Assembly (NCBI GenBank): GCA_964619725.1
Contig: CAZUFC010000075.1
Location: 1-40,900, forward strand
Length of the DNA: 40,900 nt
From: an uncultured bacterium
GTDB taxonomy: Bacteria > CSSED10-310 > CAZUFC01
Direction of reading: 5' to 3'
Positions 1 to 10,862 of the stretch are shown in pieces (position 1 is the first letter of the stretch; each line of letters begins with the position of its first letter). A program made the translations under genes and the position numbers. Under the pieces are notes generated by a model. The model was not told the origin of the DNA and did not search any database. It saw nothing but the letters and a program-made list of their open reading frames with translations.

Positions 1-480
1 CGAACACCAACGGATGTCCCCACAAGCACATCATCGCCGACTTTGACTCCCACGCTTTCGCCCACAGAGGAACCGACATTGACGCCTACTAATACACCGA
101 CACGAACACCAACGGATGTCCCCACAAGCACATCATCGCCGACTTTGACTCCCACCCTCTCGCCCACAGAGGAGCCGACATTGACGCTTACTAATACCCC
201 GACCCGAACACCAACGGATGCGCCCACAAGCACCTCATCGCCGACTTTGACTCCCACTCTCTCGCCCACAGAGGAACCGACATTAACGCCCACGAACACT
301 CCGACTCGAACCCCCACGGACGTTCCCACAAGCACCTCATCGCCGACTTTGACTCCAACGCTCTCGCCCACACAGCAACCAACATTAACGCTCACGAACA
401 CTCCGAGCCGGACGCCGACGGATGTTCCTACAGGTACATTGACGCCTACGTCGACCCCCACCCTTTCCCCGACCGAAGAA
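1..480 (+). repeat. Intragenic 102-bp tandem repeat (~4.5 copies)
   Basis: Units resembling CGAACACCAACGGATG start at 1, 103, 205, 307 and 409. Confidence 0.9.
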
Positions 481-630
481 CCTTCATTAATCCCGTCCTA
501 CACGCCAAGCGTTACCTATACTCCAACTCTTATGCCTGTCCCCAGTTTCGATAGTGCAGGCATCGCGTTATTGATTCTCGTGTTAAGCGCAGCGATTCTG
601 TTCTTCAGGATTTCGCATCCAAGGAGTTAA
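1..630 (+). CDS. 3' end of a surface protein: Pro/Thr-rich repeat linker plus IPTL-CTERM-like membrane anchor (5'-truncated by the window edge)
   Basis: Frame is open from base 1. It contains 34-aa P/T/S repeats and ends VPSFDSAG, a hydrophobic helix, then a basic tail (FRISHPRS). Confidence 0.85.
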   Translation, partial: RTPTDVPTSTSSPTLTPTLSPTEEPTLTPTNTPTRTPTDVPTSTSSPTLTPTLSPTEEPTLTLTNTPTRTPTDAPTSTSSPTLTPTLSPTEEPTLTPTNTPTRTPTDVPTSTSSPTLTPTLSPTQQPTLTLTNTPSRTPTDVPTGTLTPTSTPTLSPTEEPSLIPSYTPSVTYTPTLMPVPSFDSAGIALLILVLSAAILFFRISHPRS

Positions 631-1012
631 ATTGATCTGACGCTCTGAATGAGTCAACTCTTTATAAAAACAAAAGAGCGATTCGGTAAAATATTGCCGG
701 TCCTTGAAGTGTCCTGGATACTCGTAGTGTTGCGTTCCGTGTTGAAAGGAGAGGATTATCGCTCATTTAAAAATCGGTTTCTTGTTTATCGCATTTATTC
801 CTGATAATTTATCAGTCGCGAATTCTGCCGGTTCACGCCGCCGTGCTTGTATTCCTTTATGAATGAGCTATATATTCTCTGGTTATAGACGGCAGGGACG
901 AACTCATATTAATGGTCCGGGATTTTGCAGGGCAATCGTTTTTCGTTTCGAATTACTGCTGACCGAATAAGCAAATAATGAATGACTTGCACTGAATTCG
1001 AGGAGATACAAG

Positions 1013-3820
1013 ATGCACAACAAAAATTCATCAGCGCTCCTGCTGACCGTTCTTCTAGTGTTAATTTTACCCGTAATCGTTCAGGGGGGAACGGTTTACT
1101 TTTCCTTCGGGCTGCACACGGATTTTTATCATTCTTATCGAGGCGACACACCTGACGATGACGGATTCGGTCATGATATCGATGCAATAACGGCGACTTT
1201 GGATATACTTGAGGTTCATCCGGAAGTAAAATTAAGCTGGGAATTCGACAGTTGGCAGACGTTGGAGCAGCGCCTGCCGGAATATGCCCCGGAATTGTTC
1301 GAGAGGATAAAGGCACGGGTAGAGGAAAAGGATGAGGTACGTTTTCAGTCCTGGAACGGGGGGATAGTGACGGCTGAGACGCCTGAGGAGTTTGCAGCCG
1401 GAATCAATATGCAGCGGGAGACATTAATGTCGATCTTCGGAAAAGCGGAGAACGGCGTTTATCCGCAGGAAATGATGCATTCGCCTTCCTTAATCCCAGC
1501 ATATAATGATTTAGGAATCGAATGGGTCAGTTTATTTTACAGCGCGTCGCCTTTTACTGCTTTCAGGCGTTATGCGGAGCTGGAAGGAGCGGACCTCTAT
1601 AATCCTTTATGGTTGGAGACGCCGGACGGGCAGCACAGGATGATCGTGCTTCCGACGTATCATCATGCGGATGTGACTGATTTTATGGGTTTTGCGCCCT
1701 GGGCTCAATATGTTCATATGACGATTGAGGAGGATGTATTGATTTTCGTCGCCTTTGATGCCGACAGCATTTCCTGGGAACTGGTATTCGATATGTTTCT
1801 CTCTGATCTCGAAGAATTGACTTTCGTCGAATTCTGCACGCCGGGGGAATATCTGATGACGCATGAGCCTGAGTCTACGATAGTTCTTCGTCGCGATCTG
1901 GCCGACGGCGCTTTTGACGGTTATCATTCATGGGCGGAAAAACCGATAAATCACGAAATATGGACAGCGATAGATTTCAGCAGATCGGGGGAGAACGACG
2001 CCGAATTCCTGACGAATCGTTTCAGCCTGGAATTACCCGCTGTTGAAGATATACTTGAACAAAACTTCCTGACGAGACTCATAACGCTTAAAACGACGCA
2101 CTTCGGCCTGGCGAATCCTTTCCTGCATCCGGACCGTGTGGAAAAAGCGCGCTTTTATGCCGGTGAAATACGCCGGTTGTCATCCGAAGCGAAAACTTTA
2201 ACGGAAACCGCAGTCCAGCCTCACTTGGCAGAATTATTCGGTGAACCGCCGGCGATGGATTTTCCTGGAACTTTGACACCTTGTTATATTTACCGGGATT
2301 CGCTTTCAGAGGAGTCTGCATTGACGAAAATACCGCTGGAATATACGCAAGGAGAAAGTTATCCCGGCGGAATACGGGTTTTTCAGAACGGGCAGGAAAT
2401 TCCAGGCGGCCTGATCAATGTCGAACACTATGAAGACGGTTCTGTAAAAAAAGCGACCCTGGTTTTTGTTTGCATTTTTGAGGACGATCATGACGATGTC
2501 CTGTGCTGGATAAGTCGCAGTGAAGACCCGGATGTCGAAATTCCGGACTATGGGCTGATCGATACTCAGCCGGATGAATTGAACAACGGACTGATAACCC
2601 TGTCGTTCGATGAGAGTGGATTCCCGGTTTCTTTTATTTTTGATGGAATCGAGTTTGCAGGTGATCCTTTCATTTGTCCCGGAATCGTCTATGCGGAACA
2701 ACATTTTGGTCCTGCAGTCCTGGTTACGGTTGATGAGCCGTTCTCGACTTACGGCAGGGGTTTCCTGCATGAAATTAAACGATGGGGATTTTATGATATT
2801 GATTGTGAAAGCGAGTCCATAACGTCTGAAGTGCAATATCGATTTAGAATATATGCAGGAATCCCAGCATTGGAAATTGAAACGAAAGCCGAGTTTCCCG
2901 AACTTGAAGAACCATGCCTGGAAAAATTTACCGAAGCTGTTCCATTGGGCATCAAACCGGAAATATCAGGTGCAAATCTAAGAGTATGGAAGCATAATTT
3001 CTTCGATGACGTTTCCTATTACGACATCGATGATCCGATAGATACGACGAACAGTCACATCACAGCATCCTGGTGCGCAATAAGCGCAGAAAACAAAGGA
3101 TTATGCCTGGCTTACGATGCGGTCAAAAGAGCTTCACACGCTTTCTGTCCATTGAAAATCATCCGGAACGATCAGCAAAAACTGACCCCCGTCATGAATC
3201 CCTTCGGAACATTCTGGGGCGAACTCCCCTCATACGATGCCAGACGCACCGGTGGAAGCGGCATGGGTGAAACCTTCACACTTTCCGTGACGCCTCATCT
3301 GAGTTCCGCCGCTCCTGCTTATTCAGGACATATGGTCGAATCAGCCGTCCTGGCTTTACCCTATTGCGGCGATGAACCGGCCGAAGCGACAAAAAATACC
3401 GCAGAACTTTATTCGACAAGTCCGAGTTTCATACTAACGGACGAACTTCCGTATATTTCTCCGCAATTGCAAATCAATATGCCGGCGGATTTTTTTGTCC
3501 CCGGCGACATATTCGATTGCCGCATTACATTTGAAAACGAAAACATACCCAGGAGAAACGTCCCGCTGGTCCTGCTTCTGGATATTCAGGGGCAATACTG
3601 GTTCTGGGATGACTGGACACAGGAATTCGATTTTGAATCCATAGACATACCGCCCGGCGAATCGGAAAAAATCATCTTCAATCCAATGGAATGGCCCCAA
3701 ACCGGTAATCAAAAGATGGATAATCTAACCTTTCATGCCGCTCTGCTGAATAACGCCATGACTGCCGTCCTTTCCAATATCGATTCCTTCACTTTTGGAT
3801 TCGGACCCGCCCGTCAATAA
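1013..3820 (+). CDS. Secreted GH57/GH38-like (glycoside hydrolase/deacetylase barrel) protein with the shared C-terminal domain
   Basis: GAGGAG RBS and a signal peptide. N-terminal HTDFYH motif, GVYPQEM and VAFDADS motifs typical of this superfamily. Last ~118 aa are the recurrent C-terminal domain. Confidence 0.65.
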   Translation: MHNKNSSALLLTVLLVLILPVIVQGGTVYFSFGLHTDFYHSYRGDTPDDDGFGHDIDAITATLDILEVHPEVKLSWEFDSWQTLEQRLPEYAPELFERIKARVEEKDEVRFQSWNGGIVTAETPEEFAAGINMQRETLMSIFGKAENGVYPQEMMHSPSLIPAYNDLGIEWVSLFYSASPFTAFRRYAELEGADLYNPLWLETPDGQHRMIVLPTYHHADVTDFMGFAPWAQYVHMTIEEDVLIFVAFDADSISWELVFDMFLSDLEELTFVEFCTPGEYLMTHEPESTIVLRRDLADGAFDGYHSWAEKPINHEIWTAIDFSRSGENDAEFLTNRFSLELPAVEDILEQNFLTRLITLKTTHFGLANPFLHPDRVEKARFYAGEIRRLSSEAKTLTETAVQPHLAELFGEPPAMDFPGTLTPCYIYRDSLSEESALTKIPLEYTQGESYPGGIRVFQNGQEIPGGLINVEHYEDGSVKKATLVFVCIFEDDHDDVLCWISRSEDPDVEIPDYGLIDTQPDELNNGLITLSFDESGFPVSFIFDGIEFAGDPFICPGIVYAEQHFGPAVLVTVDEPFSTYGRGFLHEIKRWGFYDIDCESESITSEVQYRFRIYAGIPALEIETKAEFPELEEPCLEKFTEAVPLGIKPEISGANLRVWKHNFFDDVSYYDIDDPIDTTNSHITASWCAISAENKGLCLAYDAVKRASHAFCPLKIIRNDQQKLTPVMNPFGTFWGELPSYDARRTGGSGMGETFTLSVTPHLSSAAPAYSGHMVESAVLALPYCGDEPAEATKNTAELYSTSPSFILTDELPYISPQLQINMPADFFVPGDIFDCRITFENENIPRRNVPLVLLLDIQGQYWFWDDWTQEFDFESIDIPPGESEKIIFNPMEWPQTGNQKMDNLTFHAALLNNAMTAVLSNIDSFTFGFGPARQ

Positions 3821-3892
3821 AGGGGGACAAGTCTCTTATACCCCCCCAAACCCATTCATTAAGTTCATGACCGTGAGTTATGAACTATTCCT

Positions 3893-3955
3893 GTCCCTTA
3901 AGTCCCTTAGGTCCCTTAGGTCCCTTTGGTCCCTTTGATCCCTTTGGTCTTTTTC
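3893..3955. repeat. 9-bp tandem repeat (GTCCCTTWR, 6-7 units)
   Basis: gtcccttaa gtcccttag gtcccttag gtccctttg gtccctttg atccctttg gtctttttc. Confidence 0.9.
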
Positions 3956-4253
3956 GACCTTTCCATACTTTTCCGATCTGCCTGCAGCAAAGTTTCTAAA
4001 ACAAAATCGAACAGCCTGAAAAGCGTTGATTTTATCCCTGTCATCATCATCATCACACCAATGCCGGTCCGATAATTTTCCGTAAATCTTTTTAAACTTT
4101 TTCCGTTAAAACGGATCAAAAAAAAAGGCGCTTAAACGTGCCCTTGAAAATTGAAAAGTTCATGAAAGGATAGAAGGTTGAAAAATTGATCACAACTAAA
4201 AAAGTATGATTTATGTTCATCATGATTTATAGAAGAAGAAAGGCAAAGCATCA

Positions 4254-5633
4254 ATGGCGAAAGCAACGAACAACCGGATAAAATATGTGACCGTGATGAC
4301 ATCGTTTGTTTTTTCAGCAATGGTGACGACAACGATGCTGCCGGTACTGGGCAGTGAGGATAGTATCAGCTTAAGCATTACGGAAGCGATTAACGCGGCA
4401 TTGAAACAGAATCTGGACTTGCGGAGGGGCACGAATGAAATAGAGTCTTATAAAATTGAGAAGGAACGGGCCAAAGCTCATTTTCTTCCGGACCTGCGGT
4501 TATCGGGTCATTCATCCTGGAGCAGCTCTGTGAAGGGTGAAGAGAGCGAATCATTTTCCAGTACGGCGAGTTCCAGTTTAAATTTATTCAACGGATTCGG
4601 CGACGTTTCGGAACTGCGGGCAGCCAGAGCGGAACTTCAAGGGGTCCTCTCCGATTACGAGCGTGATCGTCAAGGGATCGTATATTGGACGATACGGCAA
4701 TTCATTGAAGTAATTTCAGCCGGGGAGTATGTCCGCATTGAGGAGGAAAATCTTATTACCCAGGAGAATTTATTACAACAGATGGAGGCTTTCCACGAGG
4801 CGGGAAAAATATCAAAAGCGGACGTCTATCAGCAGAAAGCGGATATCAAGCAGAGTGAACTTCAGGTCTTGAATGCGGAGCGCAATTGGGAGGTGGGTCG
4901 AATAGAGCTGCTGAAAATTCTGGCTGAACCGGCAGACGCGACAATGGAATTCCAGCCGCCGGAAATAGAGGCTATGACGTCGGCTATTGCGGAATATTCA
5001 CCCTCGTTTTCCCTGGAGGATGTATTGGCGAATCGTGACGATTACAAGGCGTACGAGAGTAAAATGAAAACAGCGAACGAAAGAATCAAGGCCGCCCAAT
5101 CAGGATATTGGCCTTCAATTTCATTATCTGCCGGCGCCGGCTCCAGTTACCGCGATTCAGACCTGATGAATTCATTCTATGAACAATTCTGGGAAAATAA
5201 TCCTTACCTGCAGATCGGATTGAGTCTTTCCTTTCCCATATTCGATCAGGCAGCGCGAAAATCGAGTTTAAAAAAAGCTCAAATTCAACTTTCCAATCAG
5301 GAAATCGCTTTTCGCAGCTTGAAACTTGAAATAGAATCGGAGCTGCAACAGGCGATTCTGGATTTCCGCACTGCATTAAAAGAAAGGGAAGCCGCATACG
5401 CTAAACGTGATTATGCCCGGGAGGCGTTAATAATTTCGCAGGAACGTTACAGAGTCGGAACGGCCGATTACGTCCAGCTCAGCCAGGCCAGGGCGAGTTT
5501 CCTCAACGCTGCTTATCAGCAGATAGATGCCGATTATGGACTTTTTCTGCAGTACACTGCGCTGCATTACTATATCGGTGATATCGACAAGATCATTGAA
5601 TTTTTGAATGAGGTTGAAGGGAGAACCGAATGA
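4254..5633 (+). CDS. TolC-family outer membrane efflux protein
   Basis: Two outer-membrane efflux repeats (FLPDLRLS, YWPSISLS, LSFPIFD, ERYRVG). The stop overlaps the next start (ATGA). Confidence 0.92.
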   Translation: MAKATNNRIKYVTVMTSFVFSAMVTTTMLPVLGSEDSISLSITEAINAALKQNLDLRRGTNEIESYKIEKERAKAHFLPDLRLSGHSSWSSSVKGEESESFSSTASSSLNLFNGFGDVSELRAARAELQGVLSDYERDRQGIVYWTIRQFIEVISAGEYVRIEEENLITQENLLQQMEAFHEAGKISKADVYQQKADIKQSELQVLNAERNWEVGRIELLKILAEPADATMEFQPPEIEAMTSAIAEYSPSFSLEDVLANRDDYKAYESKMKTANERIKAAQSGYWPSISLSAGAGSSYRDSDLMNSFYEQFWENNPYLQIGLSLSFPIFDQAARKSSLKKAQIQLSNQEIAFRSLKLEIESELQQAILDFRTALKEREAAYAKRDYAREALIISQERYRVGTADYVQLSQARASFLNAAYQQIDADYGLFLQYTALHYYIGDIDKIIEFLNEVEGRTE

Positions 5634-6931
5634 AAAAAATGATAATTTTGATTGTCATTGTCGTTTTCATTGCTGCAGGATCAGCGTTTTTCTTCATGAA
5701 TGCCAGGAAAGCCGAAGGGAAAGCAGGATATAAAACGACGGAAGTCGTTATCGGCGATATAGAAAGCGTGATTACCTGCAGCGGAACTCTCAGTCCTCTA
5801 ACAACGGTTGAAGTAGGTACCCAGATATCCGGGATTATTTCGGAGATATACGTTGATTTTAATGACAAGGTTGAAGAAGGACAATTGCTTGCCCGTCTGG
5901 ATACTTTACTTCTCGAAGCATCTTTAATGGATGCAGAGGCTTCTTTGGAAAGAGCTGAAGCGCAGTTGGAACTGGCGCAGTCGGATTATGATCGTAACAA
6001 GCCGCTGTATGAAAAGGGATTAATTTCAGAAGCGGAATTTTTGCCCTATTCCATAGCCGTAAAGACGCAGAAGGCATCTTTGAAGTCGGCGCGAGCATCA
6101 TTCAAGCGCGCGTCACAGAATCTTCAGTATGCGGAAATCACGTCACCCATTGCCGGCAAGGTGATCGAACGTAATGTCGAGGAGGGACAGACGGTCGCCG
6201 CCAGTTTTTCGACGCCTACATTATTCATAATTGCCGAAGATTTGAAACAGATGGAGATACTGGCTGAAGTGGACGAAAGCGATATAGGTCGAATAAAGGA
6301 GGGTCAGTCAGTGAAATTCGATGTTCAGGCTTATGAGGACACAATTTTCAAAGGGGTCGTAAAACAGGTTCGTTTGCAACCTGCGGTCGTATCCAATGTC
6401 GTGACTTATACCGTAATCGTGCAGGCAACGAACGAGAACGAACTGCTTTTACCCGGCATGACCGCAACTGTGGACTTCATCATTGATCAATGTAAAGATG
6501 CTCTTTTAGCGCCCAATGCCGCTCTCCGGTTTCAGCCCACACAGGAAATGAGGGACAAGATTCGTGAAAGAATGGAATCTGAGAGGGAGCCGATGTCTGA
6601 TGAAGAAAGGGAAAAATGGAAGGCGAGAAGGGAAAGTCGAGGAAGAGGAGAGGGAGAAAGAAGCGGACGAGGATTCGGAATGGGTTTTGGAGGAGGTACG
6701 GAACGACGGGAGGATATCAAGCTTTTATGGTTCATTGATGAAGAGGGAAACCTGTTTTTTGATCCTGTGAAAACGGGAATGACTGATGGTTCCGTTACTG
6801 AAATAGTTCATTCCCGAAGACTCAAAAAGGGTCATAGGGTGATTACTGGATTTACGACCGATTCCGACAATAACAGAAGCGACGGAAACCGCAGACAATT
6901 CCGCGGAGGACCTCCGCATAGAATGTTCTGA
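5630..6931 (+). CDS. macA: Efflux periplasmic adaptor subunit (MacA/HlyD family)
   Basis: N-terminal TM, VEVGTQISG, ITSPIAGKV, VDESDIG and LLPGMTA motifs. Confidence 0.9.
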   Translation: MKKMIILIVIVVFIAAGSAFFFMNARKAEGKAGYKTTEVVIGDIESVITCSGTLSPLTTVEVGTQISGIISEIYVDFNDKVEEGQLLARLDTLLLEASLMDAEASLERAEAQLELAQSDYDRNKPLYEKGLISEAEFLPYSIAVKTQKASLKSARASFKRASQNLQYAEITSPIAGKVIERNVEEGQTVAASFSTPTLFIIAEDLKQMEILAEVDESDIGRIKEGQSVKFDVQAYEDTIFKGVVKQVRLQPAVVSNVVTYTVIVQATNENELLLPGMTATVDFIIDQCKDALLAPNAALRFQPTQEMRDKIRERMESEREPMSDEEREKWKARRESRGRGEGERSGRGFGMGFGGGTERREDIKLLWFIDEEGNLFFDPVKTGMTDGSVTEIVHSRRLKKGHRVITGFTTDSDNNRSDGNRRQFRGGPPHRMF

Positions 6932-7026
6932 TTGTCGAAGCAGTTGAAATATCAGATCAAAATTGGAAAACAGAGAGAAACTTACTTCTGAAAATTTCAT
7001 TGATGAAGAACCGCACAGGAGCAGAA

Positions 7027-7728
7027 ATGAAAAAGGTTATAGAAACGAGAGAGCTGAAAAAAACTTTTCATATAGGCAGCATCGCCGTGCATGCATTGAG
7101 AGGCGTTGATCTTACCGTTGAAGAGGGTGAATTCATTTCCGTAATCGGTCCTTCAGGTTCGGGGAAATCAACCCTGATGAATCTGCTGGGTTGCCTGGAC
7201 ATACCCTCATCCGGCGAATACCTGTTGGATGGAAAACGAATAAACGAAATAAAAGCAGGCGAATATGCGGGTATAAGAAACCAGAAAATAGGATTCGTTT
7301 TTCAGGGTTATAACCTTCTGCCGAGAACGTCAGCTCTGGAGAACGTCGAACTTCCGCTTCTATATGACCGAAGCCGAAGGATAAAAGACCCGTCGAAAGC
7401 GGCAAAGGAAGCCTTGAAACGCGTCGGACTGGAGGCGAGAATGCATCACTTTCCTCATCAACTGTCCGGCGGAGAACAGCAACGAACAGCGATAGCGAGA
7501 GCATTGGTCAACCGGCCCTCCATAGTTCTGGCGGATGAACCTACCGGAAATCTTGACAGCGTTACGACGTTAGAAATTATGAAAGTTTTCAGGGCGCTCA
7601 ACGAACAGGATATAACGATAATTCTGGTCACGCATGAGAAGGAAATAGCCGAAACGACGGATCGTATCGTTGAAATAAGAGACGGAATGATTCACAGCGA
7701 TTACAGAGTCGCTGGAAACGGGAAATAG
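7027..7728 (+). CDS. ABC transporter ATP-binding subunit (MacB/LolD type)
   Basis: Walker [17 protein letters not shown] signature and Walker [14 protein letters not shown] lies upstream of the ATG at 7027. Confidence 0.95.
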   Translation: MKKVIETRELKKTFHIGSIAVHALRGVDLTVEEGEFISVIGPSGSGKSTLMNLLGCLDIPSSGEYLLDGKRINEIKAGEYAGIRNQKIGFVFQGYNLLPRTSALENVELPLLYDRSRRIKDPSKAAKEALKRVGLEARMHHFPHQLSGGEQQRTAIARALVNRPSIVLADEPTGNLDSVTTLEIMKVFRALNEQDITIILVTHEKEIAETTDRIVEIRDGMIHSDYRVAGNGK

Positions 7729-7739
7729 GCGGCAACAAG

Positions 7740-8960
7740 ATGTACAGATTTAAAGGACTTATAAAAACAGCCTTAAAAAGCTTGCTCAGAAACAGAAGCC
7801 GCAGTTTGCTTACATCGCTGGGCATAATAATCGGCGTAAGCGCAGTGATCGTTATGACTGCCATCGGCCAGGGATCACAGCAGAGAATTGAACAAGGCAT
7901 AAATGCTTTGGGAACCAACCTTATAATCGTTTTTCCCGGCAGCAGTCGCATGGGAGGAGTAAGCCGGGGACGCGGCAGTTTCAACCGTTTTACCTTTGAT
8001 GACGTGGACAAAATTCAACAACAGGCGACGCTCGTCTCAGGCGTTTCGCCTGTGGTAAGATCAGGCGGGCAGATCATAGGAGGAGACGGCAACTGGTCTA
8101 CTTCCATACATGGAGTTTATCCGGATTATTACAATATAAGAAATTGGGAACTCGAATACGGCGACTTTTTTACCGACAGGGACGTTAAATCGAAAAAAAA
8201 AGTATGCCTGCTCGGAAAAACCGTGTCCGATGAGTTGTTTCCCGATCTGGACCCCACAGGAGAAACCGTCAGAATCAGGAATATTCCTTTCAAGGTGATC
8301 GGAGTATTAAAAAGCAAAGGTCAGACAGGCATGGGAGGCGATCAGGATGATATTATTCTGGCGCCCGCGACCACCGTGCTCTACCGGCTTAAAGGTCGAA
8401 GATGGGTCGATATGATTAATGCTGCAGCGATTTCTTCCGACCGACTGAAAGAAGCGGAAGAAGAAATGAGACTGCTGCTGAGAGAATCACACGGGCTGCA
8501 ATACGGCGAAGAAGATGATTTCGTCATCAGCGATCAGGCCGAAATTACCGAAACCGCGTCGGAAACCGCACGCGTCATGACCCTGTTGCTGGGCTCCATC
8601 GCTGCAGTATCCCTCCTGGTCGGCGGAATAGGCATTATGAACATCATGCTCGTCTCAGTAACAGAACGAACCCGTGAAATCGGAATAAGAATGTCCGTCG
8701 GCGCACAACACGGCGACATACTCCTTCAATTCCTCACCGAAGCCGTAATACTGAGCCTGGTCGGAGGAATAATCGGCATACTTCTCTCTTTCGGCATCGA
8801 ATATCTTCTTAACTATTTCACCGAACTTACCGCTGTCGTCAGTATGCCCATCATACTCCTGGCGGTCTTCTTTTCTGCTGCAGTCGGAATATTCTTCGGT
8901 TTCTATCCCGCTCAGAAGGCAGCTAACCTCAATCCCATTGAAGCGCTCCGATACGAGTGA
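7740..8960 (+). CDS. macB: MacB-family ABC transporter permease
   Basis: SLLTSLGIIIGV, VGGIGIMNIMLVSVTERTREIGIR and C-terminal PAQKAANLNPIEALRYE. Confidence 0.93.
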   Translation: MYRFKGLIKTALKSLLRNRSRSLLTSLGIIIGVSAVIVMTAIGQGSQQRIEQGINALGTNLIIVFPGSSRMGGVSRGRGSFNRFTFDDVDKIQQQATLVSGVSPVVRSGGQIIGGDGNWSTSIHGVYPDYYNIRNWELEYGDFFTDRDVKSKKKVCLLGKTVSDELFPDLDPTGETVRIRNIPFKVIGVLKSKGQTGMGGDQDDIILAPATTVLYRLKGRRWVDMINAAAISSDRLKEAEEEMRLLLRESHGLQYGEEDDFVISDQAEITETASETARVMTLLLGSIAAVSLLVGGIGIMNIMLVSVTERTREIGIRMSVGAQHGDILLQFLTEAVILSLVGGIIGILLSFGIEYLLNYFTELTAVVSMPIILLAVFFSAAVGIFFGFYPAQKAANLNPIEALRYE

Positions 8961-9061
8961 ACAAAAAACACTCCTATTCGTAATTATTTGATCCGATTGC
9001 GATACCGAAAGAAACGGCCCTTGATGAAAAAAACAGCGTTGAGTTCTTAAATTATTTTACT

Positions 9062-9090
9062 TTGACCGTTTTTTTTCTTTTCATTATACT
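9062..9090 (+). promoter_or_regulatory. Sigma70-type promoter
   Basis: TTGACC (9062-67), 17-bp spacer, TATACT (9085-90), with AT-rich sequence upstream. Confidence 0.6.
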
Positions 9091-9096
9091 TGTCAT

Positions 9097-9158
9097 CGAT
9101 CGACAAGTGAATTTCTTCACTTGTCGATGAGGATAAGGGGAAGGTTACCCCCTTTTAA
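9097..9158 (+). ncRNA. Candidate small structured RNA or attenuator
   Basis: Perfect 13-bp hairpin ATCGACAAGTGAA-TTTC-TTCACTTGTCGAT just after the promoter, followed by an AAGGGG/CCCCTT hairpin and a short T run. Confidence 0.35.
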
Positions 9159-9509
9159 TTCTCTTGACAACATTTGTAAAGAGATGTGGGCTTAGGCATG
9201 AAGCAGGAATTTCTATCATTATCGACTTATCGGCATCCGCTTGACCGCCGCTTCATTTCGTACTTTCCGGGCTGCGAAAGGGGTTTTGTTTACAATATTA
9301 AATTGAAGTCGTTCAAAACTGAACGGCAATTGAAAATATGTCCATGATTCTTTCATCGACAATTTCTTTCCGAAAAAGGATTAGCGGGTTGATTATAATG
9401 ATGCTGCAGCGTGTCGTTTCCTGTAATGTAAAACGAAGAAATCGGCAGCCAATATACTCCCGAAAAGTTTCAATCAATGGAATCCTTAATTGAATCTAAG
9501 CGGAAAAAT

Positions 9510-10862
9510 ATGAAAAAATATCTTGCCTTCATTGTTTCTCTGTCTGTGATCGGAATATTGATATATCATTTCTTTCCTTTTGAATTATTCCGTTCAGCGA
9601 AGGACCTGAACATCGTATTCATTTCGATTGATACGCTCAGGGCAGATCGCCTGAGCTGTTTCGGCTACCCGAAAAACACATCGCCGGAGATCGACCGGAT
9701 ATCCAAAGAAGCTGTCAGTTTCAACAATGCTATGATATGTTCTACATTTACCGCGCCCTCTCATGCTTCAATGCTTACCGGACTTTATCCTTCTTCTCAC
9801 GGTAACTTAACGAACGGTTATGTGCTGCCGGCGGCCAATTTAACGTTGGCGGAAGCGCTCAAAAAAAGCGGATACAATACAGCCGCTTTTGTTGCTGCTA
9901 AAGGAATTCTCGGCAAACAGTTCGGTTTTGCACAAGGCTTTGATTATTTCAGTGAAGGAGACACCGGAACCAGAAAAGCAGAAGAAGTTACGGTTGAACT
10001 TTTGAATTGGCTGGATCAATTTGCCGAAAAAGATAAGTTCTTTATTTGGGTCCATTATTATGACGTACATTGTGATTATAAAGCGCCGGCTCCTTATTAC
10101 AACATGTACTATAGTGATTATGCCGGAGGACTCGATCCGACATCCAAGTGCGGCAAGGCAGATTATAACAAAATGGATTTGAACGAAGACGATTTTTCAT
10201 TTATTAACGCTCTATATGACGGCGAAATTCGCTATGTGGACCATTCCATAGGAATTTTGTACAGGAAATTATTAAAGTTGGGCATCATGGACCATACAAT
10301 TTTTATTATTACATCAGATCACGGCGAATTACTCGGAGAACGGGAATTGATCGGCCATAACCTTTCCGTTTATGATACGGAAATAGTCGTACCCCTGATT
10401 ATCAGGCATCCTGAATTAGAATCAGCCGGGAAAATAATCCCTGATCAGGTTGAATCAATCGCGATTATGCCTGCTATTCTTGATATGGTCGACGTCAAGG
10501 TCGATAGAAATTACGATGCCGCCGGCTTGTTTCCCCTGTTGAAAAATAAGGAATTGAAAACCGGGGTCGGATATTCCGAAACAGCGATGGAAAAAGGAAT
10601 GGAACAATTTGTCTGCTCCAGAACTGTCGAATGGAAATGTATATGGAATGAAACCAGTAATAATTTTGAGCTCTACTCATTGCAAGATGATCCGGGAGAA
10701 CTGAACAACCTGGCGGATGAAGAAAAACCGTTGACCGATTTACAAAAGAACGCTTTCTTGCAATGGACTGAAACGAAAAAAAAGTATTCCCGGGATAAAT
10801 TGCAGGAAATCAGCGAAAGCGTAAAAGATAACCTTAAAACTTTGGGTTACGTTAATCAATAA
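9510..10862 (+). CDS. Sulfatase-like hydrolase/transferase (alkaline phosphatase superfamily), N-terminally anchored
   Basis: NIVFISIDTLRAD, TAPSHASMLTG, TSDHGE and ELYSLQDDPGELNNL motifs, with a C-terminal LKTLGYV. Confidence 0.88.
   Translation: MKKYLAFIVSLSVIGILIYHFFPFELFRSAKDLNIVFISIDTLRADRLSCFGYPKNTSPEIDRISKEAVSFNNAMICSTFTAPSHASMLTGLYPSSHGNLTNGYVLPAANLTLAEALKKSGYNTAAFVAAKGILGKQFGFAQGFDYFSEGDTGTRKAEEVTVELLNWLDQFAEKDKFFIWVHYYDVHCDYKAPAPYYNMYYSDYAGGLDPTSKCGKADYNKMDLNEDDFSFINALYDGEIRYVDHSIGILYRKLLKLGIMDHTIFIITSDHGELLGERELIGHNLSVYDTEIVVPLIIRHPELESAGKIIPDQVESIAIMPAILDMVDVKVDRNYDAAGLFPLLKNKELKTGVGYSETAMEKGMEQFVCSRTVEWKCIWNETSNNFELYSLQDDPGELNNLADEEKPLTDLQKNAFLQWTETKKKYSRDKLQEISESVKDNLKTLGYVNQ

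Noticed and set aside
4254-8960. Genome-wide TGA reassignment (code 4 or 25)
   Set aside because: tolC, macA and macB end in TGA at their expected C-termini (for example ALRYE*).
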